Assembly: GCA_040902005.1 (NCBI GenBank)
Contig: JBBDYA010000120.1
Coordinates: 1 to 64,000, forward strand
Origin: Gemmatimonadaceae bacterium
GTDB taxonomy: Bacteria; Gemmatimonadota; Gemmatimonadetes; Gemmatimonadales; Gemmatimonadaceae
Reading direction: 5' to 3'
DNA: 64,000 nt
The notes beneath the pieces were generated by a model. The model did not search any database. It worked only from the letters and a program-made list of their open reading frames with translations, and was not told the DNA's origin. This document shows, one piece after another, positions 28,654-38,114 of the stretch. A program made the position numbers and the translations under genes. Position 1 is the first letter of the stretch. Every line of letters begins with the position of its first letter.

Positions 28654-29435
28654 GCCGCTGGCAGGACCTCGAGGGCTTCGCCCGGTTCCAGGATTCGCAC
28701 GTCCGCGCCGCGCGCGTGTCCGCCAAGCAGCGTCCGGAACTGACGGATGGCATCGTGCGCGCCCGCGGTGACGTGTCTGAACGTCCCCCAGTGATACGGG
28801 ATCAGGTGGCGCGCGCGCAATCGCGTGAACAGTTCCAGGGCATCCTCGGACGTGAGGTGGCCCGCGCGGAAGGATTCCCGTTTCCACCAGGGCGCGTAGC
28901 CGATGGGCAGCAGTGCGACATCCAGCTCGCGCGCGCGCAGCCAGAGGGCGCGCTCCACGAGCAGGTGCGTCGTTTCACCAAGGCCGGTGTCGCCGGCAAA
29001 GAAGCAGCTCTCGGCGGCGTTTTCCATCAGGTACATGTTGGTGGCGGCACGGCGCAGGTCGAAGCCGTATCGGTTGCCCTTGTGTCGCGCCGGCGCGGCA
29101 TGCACGTGCAGCGAGCCGAGTCGGAGCGCCTCGTTCGGGGCGAACGCCTCCACGTGCTTGTATCCGCGCTCGTGCAGCCAGCGCGCGATCACCGGGGGCG
29201 CGTACACGGGCACGGAGCTCGGCAGCGCGGACAGTGCCTTGAAGGACAGATGGTCCGCGTGCGCATGGGTGAGCAGCACGGCGTCCAGTGCCGGCAGGTC
29301 CGCGAGCGCGATGCCGGGCGGCGACACGCGCGGAAGAAATCCGCCCAGCGTGGTCTCGAAGTTCGGGTCGGTGAGAATCTGTGCGCCGCCGATCTCGATC
29401 AGCAGCGTGGCGTGGCCGATGTATGTGATGCGCAC
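28650..29435 (-). CDS. MBL-fold metallo-hydrolase
   Basis: YIGHAT, THAHADH, FAGDT, PYHWGTF. Confidence 0.88.
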   Translation of the reverse strand: MRITYIGHATLLIEIGGAQILTDPNFETTLGGFLPRVSPPGIALADLPALDAVLLTHAHADHLSFKALSALPSSVPVYAPPVIARWLHERGYKHVEAFAPNEALRLGSLHVHAAPARHKGNRYGFDLRRAATNMYLMENAAESCFFAGDTGLGETTHLLVERALWLRARELDVALLPIGYAPWWKRESFRAGHLTSEDALELFTRLRARHLIPYHWGTFRHVTAGAHDAIRQFRTLLGGHARGADVRILEPGEALEVLPAA

Positions 29436-29456
29436 GTGGCTCGGCCAGTCCGTGGT

Positions 29457-31193
29457 CTACTTCTTCTTTCGGGGGGGCTGGCTGGGCTTCGCTGCCACGG
29501 CGTTCGGAGGGGGGGGGGACGGCGGTGTCGTCGCCTTGCTCGCCACCCGCTCGCGCGACAGCAGCCACTGCTGCGGAAGCGCGGCCACGTTCTGCACGGC
29601 GTAATACAGGTTCAATCCCGACGCGAAGTTCCAGAACAGCGCGGTGAACATCACCGGCATCACGTACGCCATCATCTTGGTCTGCGGCGTGGGCGGCACG
29701 CCCCGCATGCCGATCCACGAGAGCAGGAACATCGAAAGGCCCATGAACAGCGGCGTGATGAAGTAGGGGTCCTTCAGCGAGAGGTCCGGGAGCCACATGA
29801 ACGGCACGCCGCGAAATTCGATCGTGTTCTGAAACACGAAGTACAGCGCGAACAGGATCGGCATCGGCAGCAGCATGGGCAGACAGCCGAGCACCGGGGT
29901 GAATGGGCTCATCCCATACTCCTGGTACAACTTCAGCATCGCCTCGCGCTGCTTTTCTGGATTGTCACGGTGCTTTTTCTGAAGCTCGGCCAGCTGGGGC
30001 TGGATGCGCTGCATCTTGAGGCTCGAGCGCATAGCGTTCTGGTTCAGCGGCCAGAGCATGAGTCGGACGACCACGCCGAAAATGACCAGCACCCATCCGT
30101 AGCTCACGGCGAACGTGTGCCGCATCCACAGCAGCATGCGCATCACGATCGTCGCGAATGGCTGCACCATGCCGTGCAACCATCCGCCGTACGGATTCAC
30201 GTTCTCCAGGTCCGCCACGGTCGCGCGCATGTGTTCCCACGACTGCGGTCCGGCGTACACCGACAGCCCGAAGGTGCCGTCGCGCAGCGGCAGCAGCGCC
30301 ACCGTGTTCGCCACGGTCGCGTCCTTGCCGGTGCGCGGCCCGGCCAGCATGCTCACCGCCTGAAAGGTCGTGTCCGGCGCCGTGGGAATGACCGCCACCA
30401 GGAAGTACTTGTTCCGCTCGGTCACCCAGCGAATGGACCCGGTGTCCACACGCGCCACGAGCGAATCCAGGTCGCGGAACCAGGCGCTCTCCACTTCGCC
30501 CACGCGTTTCCGGTAGCTCACGGCGAGACTGCGCGTGTCTTCCTCGGCGTTGGCTTCTTCGGTGCGAATGCGCCAGGGCAGGTGCACGAGCAACCGCCAC
30601 GGATCGTCCCCGCCCGACGCCGGCGTGCCGACAGTGCCGGACACGTGCACGATGAAGCTGTCGGCGGGAATGCGGTAGGTCAGCGTCACCGGCGTCCGCA
30701 TGGACGCGCTCGTGAATGTCTGCACCACGGCGTTGCCGTCGCGCGCCTGCGCGCCCGCGCGAAAGGCCACCGTGTCGAGGGCGATGGTGTCGCGCCGGGT
30801 CACGAAGCGCAGACGGAACAACCGGTCGCCCGGCTCGAGCATGTTCAGCGCGGTTTCCGGCGGCGACCCCGGACGCAGTGAGCGATAGTCGGTGAGCGTC
30901 ACCGACGCGGGCGTTCCGCCCGGGCTCACGATGCGATACGTCGCGCGGTCCGTGCGCACGAGCGTGGTGTCCGCCGCGAGCATCGCCGGCAGCGGCCCGG
31001 GGAGGGGCGCCGCGGGCGCGGAACGAATCGTCGTCTGCTCGATGGCCGTTGGAGGCGCGACCCCTGACGTGACCGTGTCCCCCGGCATGACGACGGTGGT
31101 GTCTCCCACGCGCGACGGCGGCGGAAAGATGAACGGCGTCGCGACGATCACGATCGCCGTCAGCAGCAGTGCGAGGAGTGTTCTTCGATCCAT
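29457..31193 (-). CDS. yidC: Membrane protein insertase YidC
   Basis: YGW, RLMLWPL, GCLPMLLPMPILFALY, WLPDLSLKDP, SGLNLYY. Confidence 0.96.
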   Translation of the reverse strand: MDRRTLLALLLTAIVIVATPFIFPPPSRVGDTTVVMPGDTVTSGVAPPTAIEQTTIRSAPAAPLPGPLPAMLAADTTLVRTDRATYRIVSPGGTPASVTLTDYRSLRPGSPPETALNMLEPGDRLFRLRFVTRRDTIALDTVAFRAGAQARDGNAVVQTFTSASMRTPVTLTYRIPADSFIVHVSGTVGTPASGGDDPWRLLVHLPWRIRTEEANAEEDTRSLAVSYRKRVGEVESAWFRDLDSLVARVDTGSIRWVTERNKYFLVAVIPTAPDTTFQAVSMLAGPRTGKDATVANTVALLPLRDGTFGLSVYAGPQSWEHMRATVADLENVNPYGGWLHGMVQPFATIVMRMLLWMRHTFAVSYGWVLVIFGVVVRLMLWPLNQNAMRSSLKMQRIQPQLAELQKKHRDNPEKQREAMLKLYQEYGMSPFTPVLGCLPMLLPMPILFALYFVFQNTIEFRGVPFMWLPDLSLKDPYFITPLFMGLSMFLLSWIGMRGVPPTPQTKMMAYVMPVMFTALFWNFASGLNLYYAVQNVAALPQQWLLSRERVASKATTPPSPPPPNAVAAKPSQPPRKKK

Positions 31194-31205
31194 TCTGAAA
31201 GGCGG

Positions 31206-31415
31206 TTACGGCACGGGGTCGTATCCGCCGGGGCGGAACGGATGACAGCGCAGAATACGTCGAACGCTCAGCCAGGCACCGCGCGCCGCGCCGTGTTTCT
31301 CCAGCGCTTCCACGGCGTAGGCCGAACAACTCGGATAGTAGCGGCACGAGGCCGGAAGCAGAGGGCTGAGTCCCACCTGGTACGCACGCACCGCCAGGAT
31401 CATCACCCGCTTCAT
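31206..31415 (-). CDS. yidD: Membrane protein insertion efficiency factor YidD
   Basis: [26 protein letters not shown]; between rnpA and yidC. Confidence 0.95.
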   Translation of the reverse strand: MKRVMILAVRAYQVGLSPLLPASCRYYPSCSAYAVEALEKHGAARGAWLSVRRILRCHPFRPGGYDPVP

Positions 31416-31800
31416 CAGGCCGCTGGCGGAGTTGGGGGGGGGGGGGGGCCCCCAAGCCGGCCGCGAGGTGAGTGACCACGTCGCGCAGCCGCTCGAACGG
31501 AGCCACGTACGTCTCGCGACGCGCGCGCAGGAGCACGTCGCACGAACAGGAAGCCGGGAGCACGTGCAGCCGCGCGAGTTCGCGCAACTGACGCTTCAGC
31601 CGGTTGCGGTGCACGGCGGTGTGGCCGTGCTTCGGCACCACGATCGCCACGCGCACATGCCCTCGGGGAGTGTCCATCCGGCGAACGTCGAGCATGTGCG
31701 ATCGCATCCGCTGCCCGGCGCGCAAGAGCTGTTCGATCTCGGCCTTGCGCGTTATCCGGCGAGCGCGTGAATACCCGAGCGACGGCTCAGACGCCGGCGT
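31415..31800 (-). CDS. rnpA: Ribonuclease P protein component (both ends uncertain)
   Basis: [34 protein letters not shown] (RNR motif); no canonical start upstream of the conserved N-terminus and a probable frameshift in the G15 run at 31434-31448. Confidence 0.85.
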
Positions 31801-31951
31801 ACTTGCTGGGGATCTGGACCGTCAAACGCTTGCGACCCTTCTTGCGGCGGCGGCTCAGCACGGCGCGCCCCCACTTGGTCTCCATGCGCGTGCGGAAGCC
31901 GTGCGTTCGCACGCGGCGCTTGTTGCGGGGACGGTAGGTGGGCTTACCCAT
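31787..31951 (-). CDS. rpmH: 50S ribosomal protein L34 (54 aa, absent from the ORF track)
   Basis: [54 protein letters not shown]. Confidence 0.97.
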   Translation of the reverse strand: MGKPTYRPRNKRRVRTHGFRTRMETKWGRAVLSRRRKKGRKRLTVQIPSKYAGV

Positions 31952-32011
31952 ACAAACTCCAACGGTGGTTTCACGCGCATCACCACGCGCATCATGTTGA
32001 GAAGGACGGTA

Positions 32012-32040
32012 AACCTATCGGCGAACACGACATAACTCAA
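32012..32040 (-). promoter_or_regulatory. Sigma70-type promoter for rpmH
   Basis: TTGAGT-N17-TAGGTT. Confidence 0.55.
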
Positions 32041-32068
32041 GTCGCCCCGCGGTCGCGCAGCGCGCGCG

Positions 32069-32097
32069 TTGCGATTTACCAACACCGTGAATAGCTT
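32069..32097 (+). promoter_or_regulatory. Sigma70-type promoter for dnaA
   Basis: TTGCGA-N17-TAGCTT. Confidence 0.55.
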
Positions 32098-32112
32098 CGC
32101 TCCCCCAGCCAG

Positions 32113-32121
32113 TTTTCCACA
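32113..32121 (+). promoter_or_regulatory. DnaA box in the dnaA leader (possible autoregulation)
   Basis: TTTTCCACA matches TTWTNCACA. Confidence 0.7.
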
Positions 32122-32136
32122 CGGCCAAATTCTGTT

Positions 32137-33522
32137 GTGACTCTTACCGCACAAGAAGCCTGGACGCGACTGCTCGAGCGTGCGCGCCAAGAGTTGCCGG
32201 AACAGACTTTCAAGACATGGCTGGAGCCGAACGAACCCCTGAAGATCGAGGGGGACAAACTGATCGTCGGCTCGCCGGACCGGTTTGCCGCGGAGTGGAA
32301 CGAGTCCAAGCACGCCGAGCTGCTCAGGTCGCTGGCGCCAGTGGCACTCGGCCAACCCATGTCGGTGGTGTTCCAGGTGAACGAGGAACGCCGCAAGCGT
32401 CCTCAGATGGACCTGTTCGTGGCAGAGGCTCCGAAGGCGCTTTCGGCAGAGGCATCGGCACAGCAACGCGCCGCTAACACGCCACCATTAAGCGATCGCT
32501 ACATATTCGACTTGTTCGTCATCGGCAAGTCGAACGAGCTCGCGGCGGCCGCCGCCCATGCTGTGGCCCAGGTGCCCGGAAAGGTCTACAACCCGCTCTT
32601 CATCTACGGCGAGACTGGCTTGGGGAAGACGCACCTCATGCAGGCCATCGCCCACGAAATCGTGAGCGCGGACCCGCGCAGCCGCGTCACATACATGAGC
32701 ACCGAGCAGTTCACCAATGAGCTCATCGCCGCCATTCAGAATCGAACCACCGGAGAGTTCCGGCGGCGCTTTCGCGAGACCGACCTGCTCCTGGTGGACG
32801 ACATCCACTTCCTGAAGGGGAAGGAGACCACGCAAGAGGAGTTCTTCCACACCTTCAACGCCCTGTACGAAGCGGGGCGGCAGATCGTGTTGACCAGCGA
32901 CCGGCCACCATCGGAGATCCCGGGGCTCGAAGCGCGCCTGGTGAGCCGCTTCCAGTGGGGGATGGTGGCCGACATCGAGCCGCCAGACCTGGAGCACCGG
33001 ATCGCCATCCTGCGCCAGAAGGCAGCGATCGACCATCTCGAGATGACCCTGCCCGAGGAGGTCATCCGGTTCATCGCGGAGAACGTCCGGTCCAGCGTGC
33101 GCGAGCTGGAGGGGTCCATCATCAAGCTGCTCGCGTACGCCTCGCTCAAGCACCAGGAAATCACCATCGAGCTGGCGCGGGAGGCGCTGCGCGACAAGCT
33201 CCGCCCCCTCGCCGCATCCGGCGCCGCCGGCCTGACCAGTTACGTGATTCAGGACGCCGTGGCCAAGGACTGGGGGGTGACGTCTGAAGGACTTCGGTCC
33301 AAGACGCGTACGAAAAACCTCACCGTGCCCAGGCAGGTCGCCATGTTGCTCATGCGCGAGATGCTGGGGATGCAGCTGGTGGAGATCGGCGCCACGTTCG
33401 GCGGGCGCGATCACTCCACCGTGATCCACAGCCTCGAGCGTGCGACGTCCATGATCGCCGAGGAACCGGCAACCGCGCAGCGCGTTTCGCGGCTGAAGAC
33501 CGCCCTGGAAGCGCTGCGGTAA
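32137..33522 (+). CDS. dnaA: Chromosomal replication initiator DnaA
   Basis: YNPLFIYGETGLGKTHL, QEEFFHTFN, RELEG, PRQVAM, GGRDHSTV. Confidence 0.98.
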   Translation: MTLTAQEAWTRLLERARQELPEQTFKTWLEPNEPLKIEGDKLIVGSPDRFAAEWNESKHAELLRSLAPVALGQPMSVVFQVNEERRKRPQMDLFVAEAPKALSAEASAQQRAANTPPLSDRYIFDLFVIGKSNELAAAAAHAVAQVPGKVYNPLFIYGETGLGKTHLMQAIAHEIVSADPRSRVTYMSTEQFTNELIAAIQNRTTGEFRRRFRETDLLLVDDIHFLKGKETTQEEFFHTFNALYEAGRQIVLTSDRPPSEIPGLEARLVSRFQWGMVADIEPPDLEHRIAILRQKAAIDHLEMTLPEEVIRFIAENVRSSVRELEGSIIKLLAYASLKHQEITIELAREALRDKLRPLAASGAAGLTSYVIQDAVAKDWGVTSEGLRSKTRTKNLTVPRQVAMLLMREMLGMQLVEIGATFGGRDHSTVIHSLERATSMIAEEPATAQRVSRLKTALEALR

Positions 33523-33800
33523 CCGAAGGTGAGAGCGAGCGCCAACAGCAAACTTGTGAGCGACTACCCCACAGGGCTCCACATGGAGAACCGGAATCCA
33601 GGCGAAATCGCTCCCGCGGTGTTGAAGACCCGGTCCCTCCACATTCCATGCACATCGTCGGACGCTAGCGAACTGCTTGGTGCTCATTAAGTTGTGCAGG
33701 TCATCCACATGCCTACGTCTACTACTACTACTACTAGTTAGTTCTCTATATCAAGAGATAGAAGTACTTCCGTTCGTACTCCACATTCTGGGGATCGTTG
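33523..33800. other. Replication origin oriC (dnaA-dnaN intergenic)
   Basis: DnaA-box-like TCATCCACA 33701-33709, several relaxed CCACA boxes, (CTA)6 DnaA-trios 33719-33736, AT-rich stretch. Confidence 0.88.
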
Positions 33801-34913
33801 ATGCGCTTCACGATTACTCGTGAGAAGCTGCAAGAAGGGCTGACGGCTGTTGCCGCCACGGTACCATCGAAGACGACGCTTCCGGTGCTGGCGAATATTC
33901 TCGTCGAGACCACGGACAAGGGCATCCGGATTTCCGGTACCGATCTCGATATCGCGGTGAGCACGGAAGTCAGCGCTGACGTGGAAGCGCAGGGTGCGAT
34001 CACGATCCCGGCGAAGAAGCTCGCGGAGATCGCGCGCGAACTTCCGCCGTCGCCGGTGAAGATCGCCACGTCCGGCGAGCAGCGCGTGACGCTCGACTGC
34101 GGACGATCGCACTTCAAGATTCTCGGCCTGCCAAAAGACGAATTCCCGAGCTTTCCGGCGGTGAACTTCAAGGACAGTTGGCGTGTGCGCGCCGGCGACC
34201 TGCGCAAGCTCATCGATCATACCGCGTTCGCCGTGTCCACCGAAGAGAGCCGGCCGATTCTCAACGGCGTGTTGTGGGAGCTCCGCGCGGAGCTGATGCG
34301 CATGGTCGCCACCAACGGACACCGGCTGGCCAAGATGGAAGTGCCGATCGCCACGGCGGGCGCGCCGGCCAGCGACCTGATCGTCCCCCCCAAGGCACTC
34401 GAGCAGATTCGCCGGCTCTTTCCCGAAGACGAGGAACTCGAGATCGCCCGTGGCGACAACCACCTTGGCTTCCGCTCGCCCTTCACGTCGGTGTTCACGC
34501 GGCTCATCGAGGGGCCGTACCCGAACTATCTCCAGGTCATCCCGAAGGACAACGACAAGCACGCCATCGCGGACAAGGTCGCGCTGACGAGCGCGCTCAA
34601 GCGCATGTCGGTCATCGCGTCCGATCAGACGCACCGCATCCGGTTGTCCTTCAACCAGGCGCTGCTCCGCTTCAGCGTACAGACGCCGGACCTTGGTGAA
34701 GCCACGGACGAGCTGCCGGTGCGCTACGATGGCGACCCGCTCGACATTGGCTTCAACGCCAACTACCTGCTCGAGATCCTGCGGTACATCCCCACGGATG
34801 AAGTGAAGATCACGATGAAAGCCCCGGAGCGCGCGGCCACACTGGAGCCGGAGGGGTGGAACGACCCGTCGTCGTACCTCACGCTCGTGATGCCGCTGCG
34901 CCTGGTCGACTGA
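33801..34913 (+). CDS. dnaN: DNA polymerase III beta sliding clamp
   Basis: LPVLANIL, GTDLD, SRPILNG, ATNGHRL, RLIEGPYPNY, IGFNANYL, VMPLRL. Confidence 0.98.
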   Translation: MRFTITREKLQEGLTAVAATVPSKTTLPVLANILVETTDKGIRISGTDLDIAVSTEVSADVEAQGAITIPAKKLAEIARELPPSPVKIATSGEQRVTLDCGRSHFKILGLPKDEFPSFPAVNFKDSWRVRAGDLRKLIDHTAFAVSTEESRPILNGVLWELRAELMRMVATNGHRLAKMEVPIATAGAPASDLIVPPKALEQIRRLFPEDEELEIARGDNHLGFRSPFTSVFTRLIEGPYPNYLQVIPKDNDKHAIADKVALTSALKRMSVIASDQTHRIRLSFNQALLRFSVQTPDLGEATDELPVRYDGDPLDIGFNANYLLEILRYIPTDEVKITMKAPERAATLEPEGWNDPSSYLTLVMPLRLVD

Positions 34914-34981
34914 CGAGCGCGAGGCAGATTCCTCGTCGCTGCGCGACTCGGAAGGACATGCTTCAGAGGGTCCCTGACGGA

Positions 34982-35013
34982 ACACGGGGTGGCGATCGCT
35001 CGCCACCCCGTGT
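34982..35013. terminator. Perfect 14-bp hairpin between convergent dnaN and rnpB
   Basis: ACACGGGGTGGCGA-TCGC-TCGCCACCCCGTGT; no clear U tract. Confidence 0.6.
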
Positions 35014-35014
35014 G

Positions 35015-35390
35015 CGTAATTCCAGCCTGTAAGCCGGGTTCTGTCCCGCCGAAGCGGTGACGGTCATTCCTCTGGGAGTGCGGTCGCCCGCACCCTCTAG
35101 CAGCCTACCCGCAGTGTCTTGATCGAGCCGGGCCGGCTCTCACTGCCTATTTGGCCTTGCTCCAGTCGGGGTTTGCCGAGCCGGCGCTGTTGCCAGCGCC
35201 GCGGTGGGCTCTTACTCCACCATTTCACCCTTGCCTGTGCCCTCTCGGGCCATCGGCGGTTTCCTTTCTGTTGCACTGTCCGTCGCGAGGCGCTCACGCG
35301 CATCGCTCCCAGGCGTTACCTGGCGACTTGCCCTGTGGAGCCCGGACTTTCCTCGGGATTTGCTCCCGCGACCGTCCAGCCGGAATCACG
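35015..35390 (-). ncRNA. rnpB: RNase P RNA (bacterial type A)
   Basis: GAGGAAAGTCCGGGCTC near the 5' end, GGTAAGAGC-like and GGCAAACCCC...GGAGCAAGGCCAAATAGG internal blocks, ACAGAACCCGGCTTA near the 3' end, complementary P1 ends. Confidence 0.96.
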
Positions 35391-35403
35391 CTCCAGCAAT
35401 CTA

Positions 35404-35503
35404 ATCCGCGTAATCCGCGTAATCCGCGTAATCCGCGTAATCCGCGCCATCCGCGCCATCCGCGCCGTCCGCGTTAATCCGCGTTAATCCGCGTTAATCC
35501 GCG
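35404..35503. repeat. Tandem array of 11 ATCCGCG-core units (9-10 bp period)
   Basis: 10 ATCCGCG plus 1 GTCCGCG, linkers TA, CC and TTA. Confidence 0.95.
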
Positions 35504-36416
35504 TAATGACGCTGGCTGCCAGTACCAGCATCACCGCGGCGGCCACGGGCAGGCACCCCTTCCGCTTGGCGGCCGAAGGCGGCACGGGGTCGCCCAGCCC
35601 CGCGGCAAGGGCACTGGCGAACGAGTCGGCGGTGGGCCAGCGGTCGTCCGGGTCGTGTTCGATCGCGCGAAGGATCGTGTCCACCGCCGGCCCCGATGAG
35701 TGCGCGGGGCTCGACTCCGGCGTCGCGGGATCGACTGCCGTGCCGTCGGCCAGCACGGAGGCCATCACATACGACGTCGTTCGCCCCCCGAAGGGCGGCT
35801 TTCCAGTGAGCAGCTCGTACAGCGACGCACCCAGCGAGTACACATCGCTGCGTTCGTCCGGGATTTCTCCGGCCACCTGCTCCGGACTCGCGCAGGGCTG
35901 CACCGCGATGGCGGAGGACGCATCCCGGCGGTCCATGCCCCCCGCGCAGAGCGCCTCGTACACACCCAGGCCGCCAAGCATCGGGGTTCCGCCGCCCAGC
36001 GAGAGCTGCTCGGTGCTCACCATGCCGTGAATCACCGCGGTGGCGTGCGCGGAGGCGAGTGCGCGCGCCAGCACAACGCCGATCTCGGCGATCCGTGATG
36101 GCGCAAGTGGGGTCTCGCGAACGGGGGTGCCGGTCGCGTACGCCACGTGCACCACCCCGCCATCTGCGCCCTCCCCCCTCCCCCACGCCAGCAGGCCCGC
36201 GAGCCCGGGGTGACGCACGTGCGAAACGCGCTCGAGCGTGGCGAGAAATTGCCCGGTGTTCCGAATTCGCGCCGACAGCTCGTCTGCGAGCACGAGCACG
36301 CTCACAGCCGATCCGCCGCGCAGCGCCGCGGAATACCACACGCCGACGGCATCGCGTCCCGTTTCGGTGACGTTGTCGTACAGGGCGGAGAGGGCGCCGA
36401 TGTCGTGCGCGGTCAT
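35484..36416 (-). CDS. Membrane-anchored Ser/Thr kinase-like protein, probable pseudokinase
   Basis: SPEQ, SDVYSLGASLYELLTGKPPF and DRWPTA are present; HRD reads HGM, DFG reads GLG, no VAIK lysine. Confidence 0.75.
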   Translation of the reverse strand: MTAHDIGALSALYDNVTETGRDAVGVWYSAALRGGSAVSVLVLADELSARIRNTGQFLATLERVSHVRHPGLAGLLAWGRGEGADGGVVHVAYATGTPVRETPLAPSRIAEIGVVLARALASAHATAVIHGMVSTEQLSLGGGTPMLGGLGVYEALCAGGMDRRDASSAIAVQPCASPEQVAGEIPDERSDVYSLGASLYELLTGKPPFGGRTTSYVMASVLADGTAVDPATPESSPAHSSGPAVDTILRAIEHDPDDRWPTADSFASALAAGLGDPVPPSAAKRKGCLPVAAAVMLVLAASVITRINAD

Positions 36417-36605
36417 CCGGTGGGAGGGGGGGCAGGAAGGGTTCGGGAACTTATCGCCGGCGACGCCGTTGTCCAAAGTCGCCCGCCGGAATTTCGGTGA
36501 CGACGCGCGCGGTGTTCGTGACGCCCGGGTGACACGCCCGGACAATTCTCACGCACATCGGCGCCGACGAGGGAGCCACTCAGCCACCCTCTCCCACGTA
36601 CGACC

Positions 36606-37553
36606 ATGCATGCCACGCTCTCCGCGCCGGGTCGCGCCCCTCTGGCGTCCCCCATCGTTCCCGCGCCCCCCGAAGTTCCGGTCACGCACGTCGCCACCGT
36701 GCTCACCCCTGCTGAGCGCATTCGCCTGGACGCCGCCGGCCAGGGACTCTATCAATCCACCCACCACGACTCCGTGGCCGCCGCGTTGCGCGACGTGCGC
36801 GCCGCGCGCGCCGCCGCCGTGGTGCTGAGCGTCAAATACTGCGAGCGCACGAGCCCGGATCCCATCGCGATGATGGTGCGCGAGTTCCCGCGCGTGACCA
36901 CGGTGGCGCTCCTCAGCGAGCTGGGACCGCGAACGCCGCAAACCCTCATGACGCTCGGCACCAGTGGTGTGCGTCGCGTGATCGACGTGCGCGATGCATC
37001 GGGATGGCGCCTGTTGCGGTCTGCCCTGAGTGACGAACGCGGCAACGCGGTGCAGCGGCTCGCGCTTGGCCGGCTGGCCGACGATCTCGCGGGCGCGTCG
37101 CCGGACTGTTGGCGATTCTTCGAGGCGATGTTCCTCAGCCCCCCGTGGGTGAGGTCCATCCGATGCCTGTGTCGCCGGCTGGAGGTGCTTCCCAGCACGT
37201 TGATGAGCCGGTTCTTTCGCGCGCGCCTGCCCTCACCCAAGACCTATCTGGCGATGGCGCGGCTCGTTCGCGCCGCGTACCTGTTCGAGAATCGCGGCTT
37301 CAGCGTGGCGAACGTCGCGAATCACCTCGAGTATTCGTCGCCGCAGAGCTTTGGAAGGCACATGCGCGCGATGGTACGGATGACACCAATGGAATTCCGC
37401 GAGCAGTACGATGGCGAGGGAATGCTGGAGCGATTTCGCGCGGACCTGGTGCTGCCGCACCTGGCGGGCCTGCGCGGACTCGCGCCGCTCAGGTACCGGC
37501 GGGGCCAATGTGTGGCACGATCTCGCCGGCGGTCGCGAGTGAGCGAACCGTGA
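36606..37553 (+). CDS. AraC-family HTH regulator with receiver-like N-terminal region
   Basis: STLMSRF, SPKTYL..ARL, SVANVANHLEYSSPQSFGRH...TPMEFR. Confidence 0.8.
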   Translation: MHATLSAPGRAPLASPIVPAPPEVPVTHVATVLTPAERIRLDAAGQGLYQSTHHDSVAAALRDVRAARAAAVVLSVKYCERTSPDPIAMMVREFPRVTTVALLSELGPRTPQTLMTLGTSGVRRVIDVRDASGWRLLRSALSDERGNAVQRLALGRLADDLAGASPDCWRFFEAMFLSPPWVRSIRCLCRRLEVLPSTLMSRFFRARLPSPKTYLAMARLVRAAYLFENRGFSVANVANHLEYSSPQSFGRHMRAMVRMTPMEFREQYDGEGMLERFRADLVLPHLAGLRGLAPLRYRRGQCVARSRRRSRVSEP

Positions 37554-38055
37554 GTCCGAGCGACTCGAGGTGTTCGCGCCCCCCTTCTTCGCGATCCACC
37601 AGGGCCAGCACCCCGAGCACCACCACGCCTTCCCTGCGCACGGCTTCGATCGCTCGCGCGGCGGATGCGCCGGTGGTGATCGTGTCCTCCACGATCACCA
37701 CCCGGTCACCACTCGCGACCGGTCCTTCGATCTGCCGGCCGGTCCCGTGTGCCTTGGGTTCCTTGCGCACCGTGAAGGCACGCACGGGACGCTCGCTCCC
37801 GGCGCTCGAGTGGCAGATCGCGTAGGCGATGGGGTCGGCGCCGAGCGTCAGCCCCCCCACCGCGTCGGGTTCCCATCCTGCCGCGTGCATCGCCTCGAGT
37901 CCCAGACGGCCAATGAGCTGCTGCCCGTCCGGTGTCATCGTGGTCAGACGCGCATCGATGTATAGCGATGACTGCCGGCCTGACGCTAATGTGAAGTTGC
38001 CGCGGCGCGCCGAACGCGCGGCAAGCATGCGGGTGAGACGATCGTGGTCGGTCAT
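37489..38055 (-). CDS. pyrE: Orotate phosphoribosyltransferase
   Basis: FTLASG, YIDAR, VRKEPKAHG, VEDTITTGAS, VDREEGG. Confidence 0.95.
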   Translation of the reverse strand: MTDHDRLTRMLAARSARRGNFTLASGRQSSLYIDARLTTMTPDGQQLIGRLGLEAMHAAGWEPDAVGGLTLGADPIAYAICHSSAGSERPVRAFTVRKEPKAHGTGRQIEGPVASGDRVVIVEDTITTGASAARAIEAVRREGVVVLGVLALVDREEGGREHLESLGLTVRSLATAGEIVPHIGPAGT

Positions 38056-38114
38056 TTTGCGAGCGTCACGTTAGCCCGCCCTCAAATCCTCGTCAATCGG
38101 ACAGCGTCATCCGC

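Noticed and set aside
28716..30881. Long antisense or alternate-frame ORFs (e.g. 28716-30881, 47788-49827, 9508-11094, 11581-13149, 42218-43771)
   Set aside because: Shadow ORFs of well-supported genes in high-GC DNA, with no recognisable motifs.
29965..31725. 586-aa RnpA fusion protein
   Set aside because: After the G15 run it is off-frame, Arg/Gly-rich sequence overlapping yidD and yidC.
34924..34960. Half of a REP-like palindromic repeat after dnaN (AGATTCCTCGTCGCTGCGCGACTCGGAAGGACA)
   Set aside because: Single degenerate copy with no partner arm in the window; cannot be supported.
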